In this document: positions 1 to 9,513 of the stretch, piece after piece
Layout: each line of letters starts with the position of its first letter
Position numbering within the stretch: the stretch's first letter is position 1
From: an uncultured Clostridium sp.
Lineage (GTDB): Bacteria; Bacillota; Clostridia; Ch29
DNA: 53,763 nucleotides
NCBI GenBank assembly: GCA_964529035.1
Contig: CAZGUG010000005.1
Span: forward strand, 1,536-55,298
Direction of reading: 5' to 3'
Made by a program: the position numbers and the translations under genes
Notes under the pieces: model-generated
Told to the model about the DNA's origin: nothing
The model's input: the letters and a program-made list of their open reading frames with translations, nothing else
Database searches by the model: none

Positions 1-762
1 TCGTCACTTGTAAACAGGCTGCTGGGTGAAGAAAGGGTTATTGTCAGCGACAGGCCCGGTACCACAAGGGATGCCATAGACACGCCCTTTACGGTGGGTG
101 ACAGGGAATACGTGCTTATTGACACCGCGGGCATAAGGAGAAAAAGTCGAATCAGTCACAACATAGAAAGATACAGTGTAATAAGGGCGCTTACCGCTGT
201 AACAAGGAGCGATGTAAGCATCCTGGTAATCGATGCCTGCGAGGGTCCTACCGAGCAGGATACAAAGATAGCCGGACACATACACGATGAGGGCAAAGGC
301 TGTATAGTGCTGGTTAACAAATGGGACCTGGTGGATAAGGACAACAGGACATTGGAAGAATACCGGAGAAACATAAGAAAAAGACTTGCCTTTATCGATT
401 ATGCACCGGTTATGTTCGTATCGGCAAAGACAGGCCGGAGAGTTGACAGAATACTGGATATGGTGTACAGGGTATCCGGCCAGGCGGCTTTGAGAGTGTC
501 CACGGGAGTGCTGAACGATGTAATCGGCGAGGCCACGCTTATGAACCAGCCGCCTTCCGACAAGGGAAAAAGGCTCAAAATATACTATGCGACACAGTTT
601 GCAGTGAAGCCTCCCACTTTTATATTGTTTGTCAACGATAAAAAGCTGATGCATTTTTCATATCTCAGGTATATGGAGAACCAGCTGAGGGATGCCTTCG
701 GGTTTGAGGGGACACCCATCAGGATAATAGTCAGGGAAAGGGAAAGAAAAGGAGGGGTCTAG
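1..762 (+). CDS. der: Ribosome biogenesis GTPase Der/EngA (5'-truncated by window edge)
   Basis: Frame is open from base 1 ([27 protein letters not shown]); second G-domain motifs DTAG and NKWD; C-terminal PPTFILFVN...FGFEGTPI; der-plsY-gpsA-spoIVA synteny. Confidence 0.97.
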   Translation, partial: SSLVNRLLGEERVIVSDRPGTTRDAIDTPFTVGDREYVLIDTAGIRRKSRISHNIERYSVIRALTAVTRSDVSILVIDACEGPTEQDTKIAGHIHDEGKGCIVLVNKWDLVDKDNRTLEEYRRNIRKRLAFIDYAPVMFVSAKTGRRVDRILDMVYRVSGQAALRVSTGVLNDVIGEATLMNQPPSDKGKRLKIYYATQFAVKPPTFILFVNDKKLMHFSYLRYMENQLRDAFGFEGTPIRIIVRERERKGGV

Positions 763-765
763 CCT

Positions 766-1374
766 ATGGGTATGTTTGTTTCTGTCTTGACCGGATACCT
801 TCTGGGCAACATAAACGGAGCATACATAGTGGGAAGGCTGGTGGGCGGTATAGACATAAGGGAACACGGAAGCAAAAATGCCGGCGCAACCAATGTCAAC
901 AGGGTGCTTGGCAGCAAGCCCGCCGCACTGGCCCTTGCAGTAGACCTTTTAAAGGGAGTGGCCGCGGCGATAATAGGCAGGTATCTCGTTGACGGGGATA
1001 TGGGAGCCATCTTTGCGGGAGTATCTGTGGTCTGCGGGCACAACTGGCCCTGTTTACTTAAGTTCAAAGGCGGCAAGGGAATAGCAACTTCGCTGGGTGT
1101 GCTGTTTGGCCTTGACCTTCGGGTTGCACTGATACTTCTTGCAGCCGGTATATTAATAATAATGATTACCAGGTATGTATCCATGGCATCGGTAATATGT
1201 GCGGTTCTTTACCCGTTTTTGACGGTTCTTTTTAAGCTGTCATACGAACTTAAGGTTTTTTCGGTAGTAATAAGCGTTTTTGCGCTGATAAGGCACAGGG
1301 AAAATATAAAAAGACTGGTTACAGGAAGGGAATCAAAGGTTAGTATAAAGTTAACACCAAAAAAGGGGGACTGA
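766..1374 (+). CDS. plsY: Glycerol-3-phosphate acyltransferase PlsY
   Basis: DIREHGSKNAGATN, GHNWP, FKGGKGIAT and HRENIKRL motifs; multi-TM. Confidence 0.96.
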   Translation: MGMFVSVLTGYLLGNINGAYIVGRLVGGIDIREHGSKNAGATNVNRVLGSKPAALALAVDLLKGVAAAIIGRYLVDGDMGAIFAGVSVVCGHNWPCLLKFKGGKGIATSLGVLFGLDLRVALILLAAGILIIMITRYVSMASVICAVLYPFLTVLFKLSYELKVFSVVISVFALIRHRENIKRLVTGRESKVSIKLTPKKGD

Positions 1375-1378
1375 CGAA

Positions 1379-2395
1379 ATGAGTGCAAAGATAGCCGTGG
1401 TGGGAGCGGGCAGCTGGGGTACGGCCCTGGCGACGGTACTTGACAGGAAAGGGTTAAAGCTAAATCTGTGGATACGCGAAGATGAACTGCTGGAAACAGT
1501 TGAGGATACCCGGGAAAATACGATGTATCTGCCGGGCGTTAAGCTTGGCGGCAACATTAGACCTACGGGAGACATGGAGGAATGCATATTCGGCTGCGAA
1601 GTTATTATATTCTCTGTACCTTCCCATGTTCTAAGAAACGTTGCCGGCTCGATAGCCCCTTCCATTAAGCGGTCCCAGAGAATTGTAAACGTGGCCAAGG
1701 GACTGGATACCGGAACACTTAAAAGGCTGTCCCAGATTTTACAGGAAACTCTGCCCGAGAACCCGGTGGCGGTTATGTCCGGACCCAGTCACGCGGAGGA
1801 GGTGGGAAAGGGTATTCCCACCACCGTGGTTGCAGCCAGCCCCGACAGGAAAATGGCAGAGTACGTACAGGATTTGTTTATGGCCCCCACCTTCAGAGTC
1901 TATACAAATCCCGACATAATAGGGGTGGAGACGGGAGGTGCCCTGAAGAACGTAATAGCCCTTGGAGCGGGTATTTCGGACGGACTGGGATACGGTGACA
2001 ATACAAAGGCGGCCCTTATGACCAGGGGGATAGTCGAAATTGCAAGGCTGGGGGTAAAGATGGGTGCAAAATCAACCACCTTTGCCGGCCTTTCGGGGAT
2101 AGGGGATTTGATAGTTACCTGCACCAGTATGCACAGCAGGAACAGGAGGGCCGGAATACAGATAGGTCAGGGTAAAAACCTGGAGGAAGTGTTGGGCGGT
2201 ACCCATATGGTGGTTGAAGGCGTGAAGGCCACCCAGGCGGCCTATGAATTATCGGTACTTCACGGAATAGAAATGCCGATAACCAGGGAACTATATAATG
2301 TTCTCTTTGAGGGGGCGGATGTCAGAAAGTCGGTGGAAAACCTGATGTTGAGAAGCAAGACCCATGAAACGGAAGAGATTGTGGAAGGATGGTAG
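1379..2395 (+). CDS. gpsA: NAD(P)H-dependent glycerol-3-phosphate dehydrogenase
   Basis: GAGSWGTA, SGPSHAEE, GALKNVIA and GDLIVTCTSMHSRN motifs. Confidence 0.97.
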   Translation: MSAKIAVVGAGSWGTALATVLDRKGLKLNLWIREDELLETVEDTRENTMYLPGVKLGGNIRPTGDMEECIFGCEVIIFSVPSHVLRNVAGSIAPSIKRSQRIVNVAKGLDTGTLKRLSQILQETLPENPVAVMSGPSHAEEVGKGIPTTVVAASPDRKMAEYVQDLFMAPTFRVYTNPDIIGVETGGALKNVIALGAGISDGLGYGDNTKAALMTRGIVEIARLGVKMGAKSTTFAGLSGIGDLIVTCTSMHSRNRRAGIQIGQGKNLEEVLGGTHMVVEGVKATQAAYELSVLHGIEMPITRELYNVLFEGADVRKSVENLMLRSKTHETEEIVEGW

Positions 2396-2397
2396 GA

Positions 2398-2428
2398 AAG
2401 CTCCGGGAAATTCCCGGAGCTTAATTTT
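2398..2428 (+). terminator. Intrinsic terminator after gpsA
   Basis: Inverted repeat AAGCTCCGGGA/TCCCGGAGCTT followed by AATTTTT. Confidence 0.75.
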
Positions 2429-2430
2429 TA

Positions 2431-2459
2431 GTAATAATAGTTACTTTTACTCATATATA
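2431..2459 (+). promoter_or_regulatory. Putative sigma-E (mother-cell) promoter of spoIVA
   Basis: ATA at 2434 and CATATATA at 2452 resemble the sigma-E consensus (ATA...CATAcanT); spoIVA is sigma-E dependent in Bacillus and Clostridium. Confidence 0.45.
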
Positions 2460-2506
2460 TATAATGTTAATGCATGTTCAATTTAGTAAAAGGAGGGATA
2501 AAGGAG

Positions 2507-3985
2507 ATGGGGGAATTTAACATATATAAAGACATAGCAGAGCGTACCCAGGGGGATATTTACATTGGAATAGTGGGACCTGTGAGGACGGGAAAATCAA
2601 CCTTTATTAAAAGATTTATGGATTTACTTGTACTGCCTAATATAGATAATCCGTATATAAAGGAAAGAGCCAGGGATGAACTGCCGCAGAGCGGCGCGGG
2701 ACGTACAATTTCCACCACCGAGCCGAAGTTTGTACCCAACGAGGCGGTTGAAATTGTACTTAAGGATAATGCCAGCTTCAGGGTAAGGTTGGTGGACTGT
2801 GTGGGTTATATGGTAAAGGGGGCCATGGGTCATCTTGAAAACGAGATGCCGAGGATGGTGTCCACACCATGGTTTGAAAACAAAATCCCCTTCGAGGAAG
2901 CGGCGGAGCTTGGTACCAGGAAGGTTATAACAGACCATTCTACCATAGGGCTTTTGGTTACGACCGACGGTTCGATAACCGAAATACCCAGGCAGAACTA
3001 TATTCAGGCCGAAGAAAGGGTGGTAAGGGAACTCAAGGGCCTTGACAAACCATTTGTGATAATTTTAAACAGTACCCGGCCCAGGGCACAGGAGACCATA
3101 AACATGGCAGAAGCCCTGGAAGCCAAGTATGAAGTACCGGTGTGTGTAGTGGACTGTATGAACATGTCAATGGACGATGTGCATTTTATCCTGGAAAGGA
3201 TATTGTTCGAATTCCCGGTTACCGAGATACATATCAATCTTCCACGCTGGATCGACGGTCTTGATCTGGAGCACTGGCTGAGAAAGGATATAATAGGTGC
3301 GGTAAGAGAATGTACCGCAGAAGCGAATAGTATAAGGGATACCGAGTACATTCCCGGTGCCTTTGAAGAGTATGAATTTGTGGAAATGGCGGAGATGGTA
3401 AATATTGACCTTGGTGAGGGCGTTGCCCGGCTGAATATCAGGACCGAAAGCAGTCTTTTTTACAAAGTCATAGGGGAAATATCCGGGTATTCCCTGGATG
3501 GGGAACACCAGCTTCTCGGTCTTGTGGAACAGCTGTCCGGGGCCAAAAAACAATATGACAGGGTGGCTTCCGCGCTAACAGAGGTTTGGGACACCGGTTA
3601 CGGAGTGGTATCGCCCAGGCTGGACGAGCTGATTTTAGAGGAACCGGAAATATTCAAACAGGGAAGCCGGTTCGGGGTTAAGCTGAAGGCCAGTGCTCCT
3701 TCCATTCATATGATAAGGGCGGATATTCAGACCGAAGTATCGCCCTTGGTAGGTACCGAAAAACAGAGCGAAGAGCTTTTGAACTATCTTATCTCGGAAT
3801 TTGAGAACAATCCGTCCAAACTATGGGAGTCCAATATTTTCGGGAAGTCACTGTATGACCTGGTAAGGGAGCAGCTTCAGAACAAACTGCTTAAAATGCC
3901 GGAAGACGCACAGACCAAGCTGCAGATTACACTTCAGAGGATAGTGAACGAAGGAAACGGAGGGTTAATCTGTATTATTCTATAG
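2507..3985 (+). CDS. spoIVA: Stage IV sporulation protein A (spore coat ATPase)
   Basis: DIAERTQGDIYIGIVGPVRTGKSTFIKRFM, DELPQSG, TTEPKF and the C-terminal NEGNGGLICIIL; start placed at ATG 2507 after AGGAGG. Confidence 0.98.
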   Translation: MGEFNIYKDIAERTQGDIYIGIVGPVRTGKSTFIKRFMDLLVLPNIDNPYIKERARDELPQSGAGRTISTTEPKFVPNEAVEIVLKDNASFRVRLVDCVGYMVKGAMGHLENEMPRMVSTPWFENKIPFEEAAELGTRKVITDHSTIGLLVTTDGSITEIPRQNYIQAEERVVRELKGLDKPFVIILNSTRPRAQETINMAEALEAKYEVPVCVVDCMNMSMDDVHFILERILFEFPVTEIHINLPRWIDGLDLEHWLRKDIIGAVRECTAEANSIRDTEYIPGAFEEYEFVEMAEMVNIDLGEGVARLNIRTESSLFYKVIGEISGYSLDGEHQLLGLVEQLSGAKKQYDRVASALTEVWDTGYGVVSPRLDELILEEPEIFKQGSRFGVKLKASAPSIHMIRADIQTEVSPLVGTEKQSEELLNYLISEFENNPSKLWESNIFGKSLYDLVREQLQNKLLKMPEDAQTKLQITLQRIVNEGNGGLICIIL

Positions 3986-3990
3986 TGTTT

Positions 3991-4015
3991 CAGGACCTTA
4001 AAAGGGTCCTGTTTC
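3991..4015 (+). terminator. Terminator hairpin after spoIVA
   Basis: CAGGACCTT-AAA-AGGGTCCTG followed by TTTC. Confidence 0.6.
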
Positions 4016-4030
4016 GTTAAGGACATATAT

Positions 4031-4058
4031 AAAAGGGTTCCCCTGCCGGAGAACCCTT
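4031..4058 (-). terminator. Terminator of the panB operon
   Basis: AAGGGTTC...GAACCCTT stem with an A-run on its left (U-tail on the minus strand). Confidence 0.6.
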
Positions 4059-4067
4059 ACGTCAGTT

Positions 4068-5330
4068 TTACCTGCGGTGGAGCCTTGGTGCACCAATAAA
4101 TGCAAGCCCTGCCAGGGTAAGGGCCTTTGCCGTTTTGTTTACTGCGTTGTGTTTTTCAAGGTAGTTATTCAATAGTTTATCCATTTCACCGGAGGCTTCA
4201 ATTTCCTGTTTCGGCCTGAAGTAGTCCAGTATGTCTGAAGGGTGTTCCAGCGTGACCTCTACTTCCGGGTCACCTCCTTCATGCTTTGCAGAGATGTTTG
4301 GCACGTCACGGGCGATTTCAACAAGTTCGTCCCTCCTGTTATAGGGCTGGCGTACAATACTCTTATAGGTTTCGGTTATATGGTGTTCAATTCTGACGTT
4401 GCTTTCCAGATTGAATCTGCCCCTTATTTGGGAACTTAATTCTAAGGTCCTGTTGTTGACCGAATTGCTGAGATTGAACCCGGAAAGGGGTGTAGATCCG
4501 TCCTCCCTTGCGAACATGCGTCCCATGAGCAGGGTCCACAGTACCGAATAGGGATTGTCATTGCCCATAAAGACCGAAATCTTGAACCTTACGTCAATAC
4601 CGAGTTTGTAGAGTATGTATCCGAGCAGTACCGTTCCGGGATTCGTGTTCAACACTTCATTAATTCCGTAGTTGGTATAGTAGTACAGGTATTCGTCCAC
4701 CCATGCAAGGGGATAATCGTTGGGCTGTCCGATACCGCCGAAATAGCCTGTAATGGTTTCGGGGCCGTTGAGATGTATGTTTGACCCGTCGGTTCCTTTG
4801 GTATCCAGGGTTTCCACGTAACTTGCACCTATAATCTGCATTGCGGCCGCCATAGCAAGGGTATCTCCGCTGTCGTTCTCCTGCTCCTTCATGCAGCGGA
4901 CACGGATATACCTTCCCGGCATTATCTCTTTTTTGTCTATTGCCTGCTTTGCCTCTTCAATGAACCAGGGGAAAAACTGCAGAGCACTTATCTCCAGGGT
5001 AACGGCTTTGCCTTCGTCAAAGGATACGGTGCCGGATTTTTCTCCGAGTATTTGTTTTCTATACTCGGAAACAGTTGTAAAGGCGCCCTTGTCCCTTGCA
5101 GATACCAGCCATTCCAGGTCCCTTACATAGGGTGAGTCCTGGTTGCGAAGTCGGCTTATAATATTGGGCAACTGCCTTGCTTCCTTTGCCTTGGCGTTTA
5201 TCTCTGCGGGTGTTCCGTACTTTTCCACTACCCTGAGAACGCTGCGTATGAGTTCGTTTGAAGGATCTGTAAAAAAACTGTTGATGTCATCCATTACACC
5301 GGGATTGATTGATAGACAGTCTTTATACAT
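4068..5330 (-). CDS. Uncharacterised 420-aa soluble protein, probable enzyme (possible TIM-barrel)
   Basis: Long ORF with AGGAGG RBS, 41 bp downstream of panB on the same strand; no family recognised with confidence. Confidence 0.85.
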   Translation of the reverse strand: MYKDCLSINPGVMDDINSFFTDPSNELIRSVLRVVEKYGTPAEINAKAKEARQLPNIISRLRNQDSPYVRDLEWLVSARDKGAFTTVSEYRKQILGEKSGTVSFDEGKAVTLEISALQFFPWFIEEAKQAIDKKEIMPGRYIRVRCMKEQENDSGDTLAMAAAMQIIGASYVETLDTKGTDGSNIHLNGPETITGYFGGIGQPNDYPLAWVDEYLYYYTNYGINEVLNTNPGTVLLGYILYKLGIDVRFKISVFMGNDNPYSVLWTLLMGRMFAREDGSTPLSGFNLSNSVNNRTLELSSQIRGRFNLESNVRIEHHITETYKSIVRQPYNRRDELVEIARDVPNISAKHEGGDPEVEVTLEHPSDILDYFRPKQEIEASGEMDKLLNNYLEKHNAVNKTAKALTLAGLAFIGAPRLHRR

Positions 5331-5371
5331 GCTAAATCCTCCTTAATTTTATTATTTTAATTGGTTTACAC

Positions 5372-6220
5372 CTATTCAAACTCTCTGAACAGCCGCTCAA
5401 AATCTTCAATGCTGTCCTTTATGTGGTACACATGGTCGTCGGTGGGGAAGCGGCCGCTTCTAACGTCTTGTATGTATTCTCTGAACGCATTGGTTTCAAT
5501 TTCCGCCACATTGGTATACTTCTTTACAAACTTGGGCGTGAAGGCCTCAAACAGCCCCAGCATGTCGCCGCATATCAGCAACTGTCCGTCACAGGGTCCG
5601 GCACCTATCGAGTAAACGGGGATGTCAAGTTTATTCTGTATAAACGCAGTAAGTTCCGGCGGTACCGCCTCCAGCAGTATGGAATAGGCCCCCGCCTCCT
5701 GGACCGCCAGAGCATCCTTTATAAGCTCCCTTGCGCTTTTCACATCCCTGCCCTGGGCCTTAAACCCTCCCAGCTGTCCGGAACTCTGGGGCGTAAGTCC
5801 TATATGCCCCATAACAACCATTCCCGCATCTGTTATGGCCCTGATGCGGCTGGCCACCCTCCTGCCGCCCTCAAGTTTTACACAGTCCATGTCGGCCTCT
5901 TTGAGAAAACGGCCTGCATTTTCCACCGCCTGCTCGTCGGATTTCTGGTAGGACATAAAGGGCATATCGCCTATAATCCAGGTGTTTGGCGCACCCCTTC
6001 TGACCGCCTGGCAGTGGGAGATGCAGTCCTCCATTGTTACAGGTATGGTGCTGTCGTAGCCAAGAACCACCATGCCCAGGGAATCCCCCACCAGAATCAT
6101 GTCCATACCGGCCTGCTCGGCAAAGGATGCCATCGGAAAGTCATAGGCCGTTATCCATGCCACCTGCTCGTTATTCTTTTTCATCTTAATGAAGTCAAGG
6201 ATAGTTTTCTTTTTTGCCAT
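5372..6220 (-). CDS. panB: 3-methyl-2-oxobutanoate hydroxymethyltransferase (ketopantoate hydroxymethyltransferase)
   Basis: TAYD, ILVGDSLGM, GDMPFMSY, VKLEGG, MGHIGLTPQS, GGFKAQGR and DGQLL motifs; GGAGG RBS. Confidence 0.95.
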   Translation of the reverse strand: MAKKKTILDFIKMKKNNEQVAWITAYDFPMASFAEQAGMDMILVGDSLGMVVLGYDSTIPVTMEDCISHCQAVRRGAPNTWIIGDMPFMSYQKSDEQAVENAGRFLKEADMDCVKLEGGRRVASRIRAITDAGMVVMGHIGLTPQSSGQLGGFKAQGRDVKSARELIKDALAVQEAGAYSILLEAVPPELTAFIQNKLDIPVYSIGAGPCDGQLLICGDMLGLFEAFTPKFVKKYTNVAEIETNAFREYIQDVRSGRFPTDDHVYHIKDSIEDFERLFREFE

Positions 6221-6281
6221 CATGATCCTCCTTTAATTTTAATAGAAATTTCATGTTGTCGGGATTATGCTGTAATATAAT

Positions 6282-6308
6282 ATTCGATACAAATGCCTTT
6301 ATTCCTAC
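6282..6308 (-). promoter_or_regulatory. Putative sigma-H promoter of the panB operon
   Basis: Minus strand GTAGGAATA-11 nt-ATCGAAT matches the sigma-H consensus RNAGGAWWW-N11/12-RNNGAAT. Confidence 0.6.
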
Positions 6309-6383
6309 TCAAATTTGGTAATATTTCTTAAACATTTCGAATTAAATTGGGTGTGTTGCAGCCGGCGAAACATAAAAAACCAG

Positions 6384-6412
6384 TTGAATTGGCGGAAGAA
6401 ATGTGTTATATT
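6384..6412 (+). promoter_or_regulatory. Sigma-A promoter of tRNA-Pro
   Basis: TTGAAT-17 nt-TATATT with extended -10 TG. Confidence 0.65.
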
Positions 6413-6431
6413 TATATACGCCGCAGAACGA

Positions 6432-6508
<77 letters not shown>

Positions 6509-6509
6509 G

Positions 6510-6546
6510 AAAAATCCGCTTATCCCGGAGGGATAGGCGGATTTTT
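6510..6546 (+). terminator. Intrinsic terminator after tRNA-Pro
   Basis: AAAAATCCGCTTATCCC-GGA-GGGATAGGCGGATTTTT. Confidence 0.85.
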
Positions 6547-6705
6547 GTGTATTGCTTTGTATTTTACAGTTTTGTTGTATAATATGAAGCCATAAATTGA
6601 AAAATGTCAAAAAAAATGCCTTTTATTACCTATAAAATAGGAGGAATTTTGCAAATAATAGCCAATTAATATAGTTACCTACTATTTGTATAGGGGGGAT
6701 GATAT

Positions 6706-6963
6706 TTGGGGGATAACACACAAAAAGAAGAACAGTCCAGGATGAAGACTGAGAAGGTGTTAATGGGTATAAATGAAAAGATTCAAAAAAATCCGCTGCT
6801 TAAGGAGGTTTATGGGAGGAAGCGGGAGGATTACAGCGATTTGATTGAAAAATATGGGGGAGAAAAGGTCTTAATGGCGGTGGAACTGGTAGAGAGCTAC
6901 AGGCTGCTTATGGAGATTAAAAAAGCTGCCGACGGTAAAACACTTGTTAGCGATGACCTTTGA
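6706..6963 (+). CDS. Small hypothetical protein (85 aa)
   Basis: TTG start after G-rich RBS; fills the intergenic space; sigma-H-like promoter upstream (6640-6666) and terminator downstream. Confidence 0.6.
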   Translation: MGDNTQKEEQSRMKTEKVLMGINEKIQKNPLLKEVYGRKREDYSDLIEKYGGEKVLMAVELVESYRLLMEIKKAADGKTLVSDDL

Positions 6964-7006
6964 ACAATTGACAGGCAAACAGCAAATAGAAATTTGGAGA
7001 TTGCGG

Positions 7007-7053
7007 AAAACTTCCGCGGCAGGGCGTGGATGCCCTGGGCGTGGAAGTTTTTT
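7007..7053 (+). terminator. Long terminator hairpin
   Basis: AAAACTTCC..CAGGGCG-TGGA-TGCCCTG..GGAAGTTTT followed by further T. Confidence 0.7.
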
Positions 7054-7086
7054 ATTTTACCGAACCAATAAACGGTACAAACAGTA

Positions 7087-7113
7087 GAAGGAAAACCAAG
7101 CCGGGCGAAGAAT
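7087..7113 (+). promoter_or_regulatory. Putative sigma-H promoter of the ylm/sepF/divIVA operon
   Basis: GAAGGAAAA-11 nt-GAAGAAT, a full match to the sigma-H consensus. Confidence 0.6.
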
Positions 7114-7147
7114 AGTACAATAATAGTTTTGTATGGAAGGTGACGGC

Positions 7148-8329
7148 ATGGACGGCGCGGCTGAAAAGAAAAATAAAAAGGGCTATATAAGGGTTGTATT
7201 ATTGGCGGTTGTTATTGTACTGTCGGGCAGGGCCGTTGCAGGAGTAAAGGATAATACAATAGAAACAGCGCTGGCAGAGTATGGCAGTATAAGCATCCTT
7301 GAAAAAGCAAGCGGAATTGTGGTGCGAAACGAAACTGTGATAAACAGTCCGATTTCGGGTTATGTTACTTACATAATCAAAGAAAATATACGCGTGCCGG
7401 TTAACACTAAGGTGCTGGAAATGAAGAGCGGCAGGATAGACGACAGCTCTATCGAGAGGTATAATGAAATAAACGAAAGGCTGCAGGCGCTGGATCAAAT
7501 CGGCAGTCTGGCACAGGCTGCGCTGGATGACAGTGTAATAAGGGCGGGTCTTTACAATATAAGCATTCTGATAGACCAAGGTAATCTGGCTGCGGTCTAT
7601 CGGGAAAAGGAAAGATTAAGCCGGGAAATTAGCTATAACACTGCGGCTAATACAACACAGGCCGAAAGGGAAGAGCTGATAAGTGAAAAAGAAGAGCTGG
7701 AAAGTATAATAGAAGGCGGTATCAGGGCTGAATTTTCACCTTTTTCAGGAATACCCGTTCATACTATGGACGGATATGAAGGGATGTTCTGCCCGGAGAA
7801 TATGCATGAGATAATACCCTCAATGGTTCAGCCGGAAAATATAAGAAAGGCTGACTTGTCAAAGGAGATAAAGGCAGGGGAACCGGTGCTGAAGATTGTA
7901 GACAACCATGAATGGTACATCGTTTGTGACATGAGCGGGGAGTTTGCCGAGGGCATTAAACAAGGCTCAAGGGTTTCCCTGGAGCTTCTGGGACCGGAAA
8001 ATATCACGGTGGGAGCCCGGGTAAAGGGACTGCACGAGCAGGAGGAGGGTTTCAGGGTAGTGTTTGCATCCGGGGATTATTTCCCCGGCGTATATGAAAA
8101 AAGGACAGTTGATTTGAATGTGGTAAAGGAGAAACACAGTGGATGCATGATACCCGTTGAGGCGTTGATCGAAAAGGACGGAGAGTACCAGGTGCAAGTT
8201 TTGGAAGCTGAAAAAATAGTTAATAAAAGGGTAAGAGTTAAGGGAAACGACGGTGTTAACGCAGTGGTGGAGAGCACCGGCACCGGTCCGGAACTGAAGA
8301 TATACGATATGATTGTAATCAGAAGATAA
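7148..8329 (+). CDS. Membrane-anchored HlyD/membrane-fusion-like protein
   Basis: N-terminal TM, GIVVRNE...SPISG lipoyl-like half motifs around a coiled coil, C-terminal MIPVEAL; usual position upstream of yggS in clostridia; alternative start 7133. Confidence 0.75.
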   Translation: MDGAAEKKNKKGYIRVVLLAVVIVLSGRAVAGVKDNTIETALAEYGSISILEKASGIVVRNETVINSPISGYVTYIIKENIRVPVNTKVLEMKSGRIDDSSIERYNEINERLQALDQIGSLAQAALDDSVIRAGLYNISILIDQGNLAAVYREKERLSREISYNTAANTTQAEREELISEKEELESIIEGGIRAEFSPFSGIPVHTMDGYEGMFCPENMHEIIPSMVQPENIRKADLSKEIKAGEPVLKIVDNHEWYIVCDMSGEFAEGIKQGSRVSLELLGPENITVGARVKGLHEQEEGFRVVFASGDYFPGVYEKRTVDLNVVKEKHSGCMIPVEALIEKDGEYQVQVLEAEKIVNKRVRVKGNDGVNAVVESTGTGPELKIYDMIVIRR

Positions 8330-8344
8330 CCGGGAGGGCAGGAA

Positions 8345-9037
8345 ATGGATATCCGGAGTAATCTTGAATATATTACCGACAGAATCAGAGAGGCTGCAGA
8401 GTTGTCCGGCAGGAAAGCCGGGGATATAAAAATCGTGGCGGTAACCAAAACCGTTGACGTTGGAAGCATCAGGCAGGCCTTTGAACTTGGCATATCTTCC
8501 ATTGGTGAGAACAGGGTCCAGGAAATGCTAAAAAAGCATGAAAGTTTGAAGCAGTACCCGTTGGAATGGCATATGATAGGACATTTACAAAGGAATAAGG
8601 TAAAATATATAATAGATAAGGTAGCATTAATCCATTCGGTGGACACGGCTGCCCTGGCCAGGGAGATAAACATGAGGGCTATACTGAAAAACATTAAGGC
8701 GGAAGTCCTGCTGCAGGTAAACGTTTCGGGGGAGGAGAGCAAGTTTGGACTTAATCCCGATCAGATTACCGTATTTATGGAACAGGTGACGGATTTGCAG
8801 AACGTACATATAAGAGGGCTGATGACCATAGCTCCCTACACCGATAACCCTGAAGAGGCAAGGCCTGTGTTTGCAAAGCTCAGAGAGGTCTTTGAAGAGA
8901 TAAGGGCCGCAAAATACCCGGGGGTAGACATGGATTTCCTTTCAATGGGTATGACGGGTGATTATGCGGTGGCGGTCGAGGAAGGAGCAAACATAGTAAG
9001 AATCGGAACAGGGATATTTGGCAGACGAAGGATGTAA
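8345..9037 (+). CDS. yggS: PLP homeostasis protein YggS/YlmE
   Basis: VAVTK, GENRVQE, WHMIGHLQRNK, LSMGMTGDY and VRIGTGIFG motifs. Confidence 0.96.
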   Translation: MDIRSNLEYITDRIREAAELSGRKAGDIKIVAVTKTVDVGSIRQAFELGISSIGENRVQEMLKKHESLKQYPLEWHMIGHLQRNKVKYIIDKVALIHSVDTAALAREINMRAILKNIKAEVLLQVNVSGEESKFGLNPDQITVFMEQVTDLQNVHIRGLMTIAPYTDNPEEARPVFAKLREVFEEIRAAKYPGVDMDFLSMGMTGDYAVAVEEGANIVRIGTGIFGRRRM

Positions 9038-9054
9038 CAAAGGAGGAATAAGTT

Positions 9055-9477
9055 ATGGCAAAGGGCTTATGGGACAGGATACTGGAATTTTTGGGACTGG
9101 CCGATGAAGCTGAGGAGGATATGCCGGAGGTTATTGACCGGCCTTACACAAGTCCCGGCAGGAAAGGCAAAATATTGGATATACGAACCGCATCGCAGGT
9201 CAAAATGGTGATTTACCAGCCTGCCACCTTTGACCAAACGACTGAAATATGCGATAATTTAAAAAGCAGGAAGCCGGTCATAATAAATTTACAAAAACTT
9301 GAAAATGAAGCGGCCCAGAGGATACTGGACTTTCTGAGCGGAGCAGTGTATGCACTGGATGGAAATCTGCATAAAATATCCGGCGGTATTTTTGTTGCCG
9401 CCCCCAGCAATGTAGATATTTCAGAGCATTTAAAGGACGAACTTAAGGATAAAATAGTATTCAAGCGGCAAAAATAG
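9055..9477 (+). CDS. sepF: Cell division protein SepF
   Basis: VIINL...AQRILDFLSGAVYALDG...IFVAAPSNV. Confidence 0.95.
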   Translation: MAKGLWDRILEFLGLADEAEEDMPEVIDRPYTSPGRKGKILDIRTASQVKMVIYQPATFDQTTEICDNLKSRKPVIINLQKLENEAAQRILDFLSGAVYALDGNLHKISGGIFVAAPSNVDISEHLKDELKDKIVFKRQK

Positions 9478-9513
9478 GCGTAGCTGGCAATATTCATAAT
9501 AAGGAGGTCAATA

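Noticed and set aside
4-654. 216-aa minus-strand ORF
   Set aside because: Antisense shadow of der; no recognisable motifs
5423-6280. 285-aa plus-strand ORF
   Set aside because: Antisense shadow of panB
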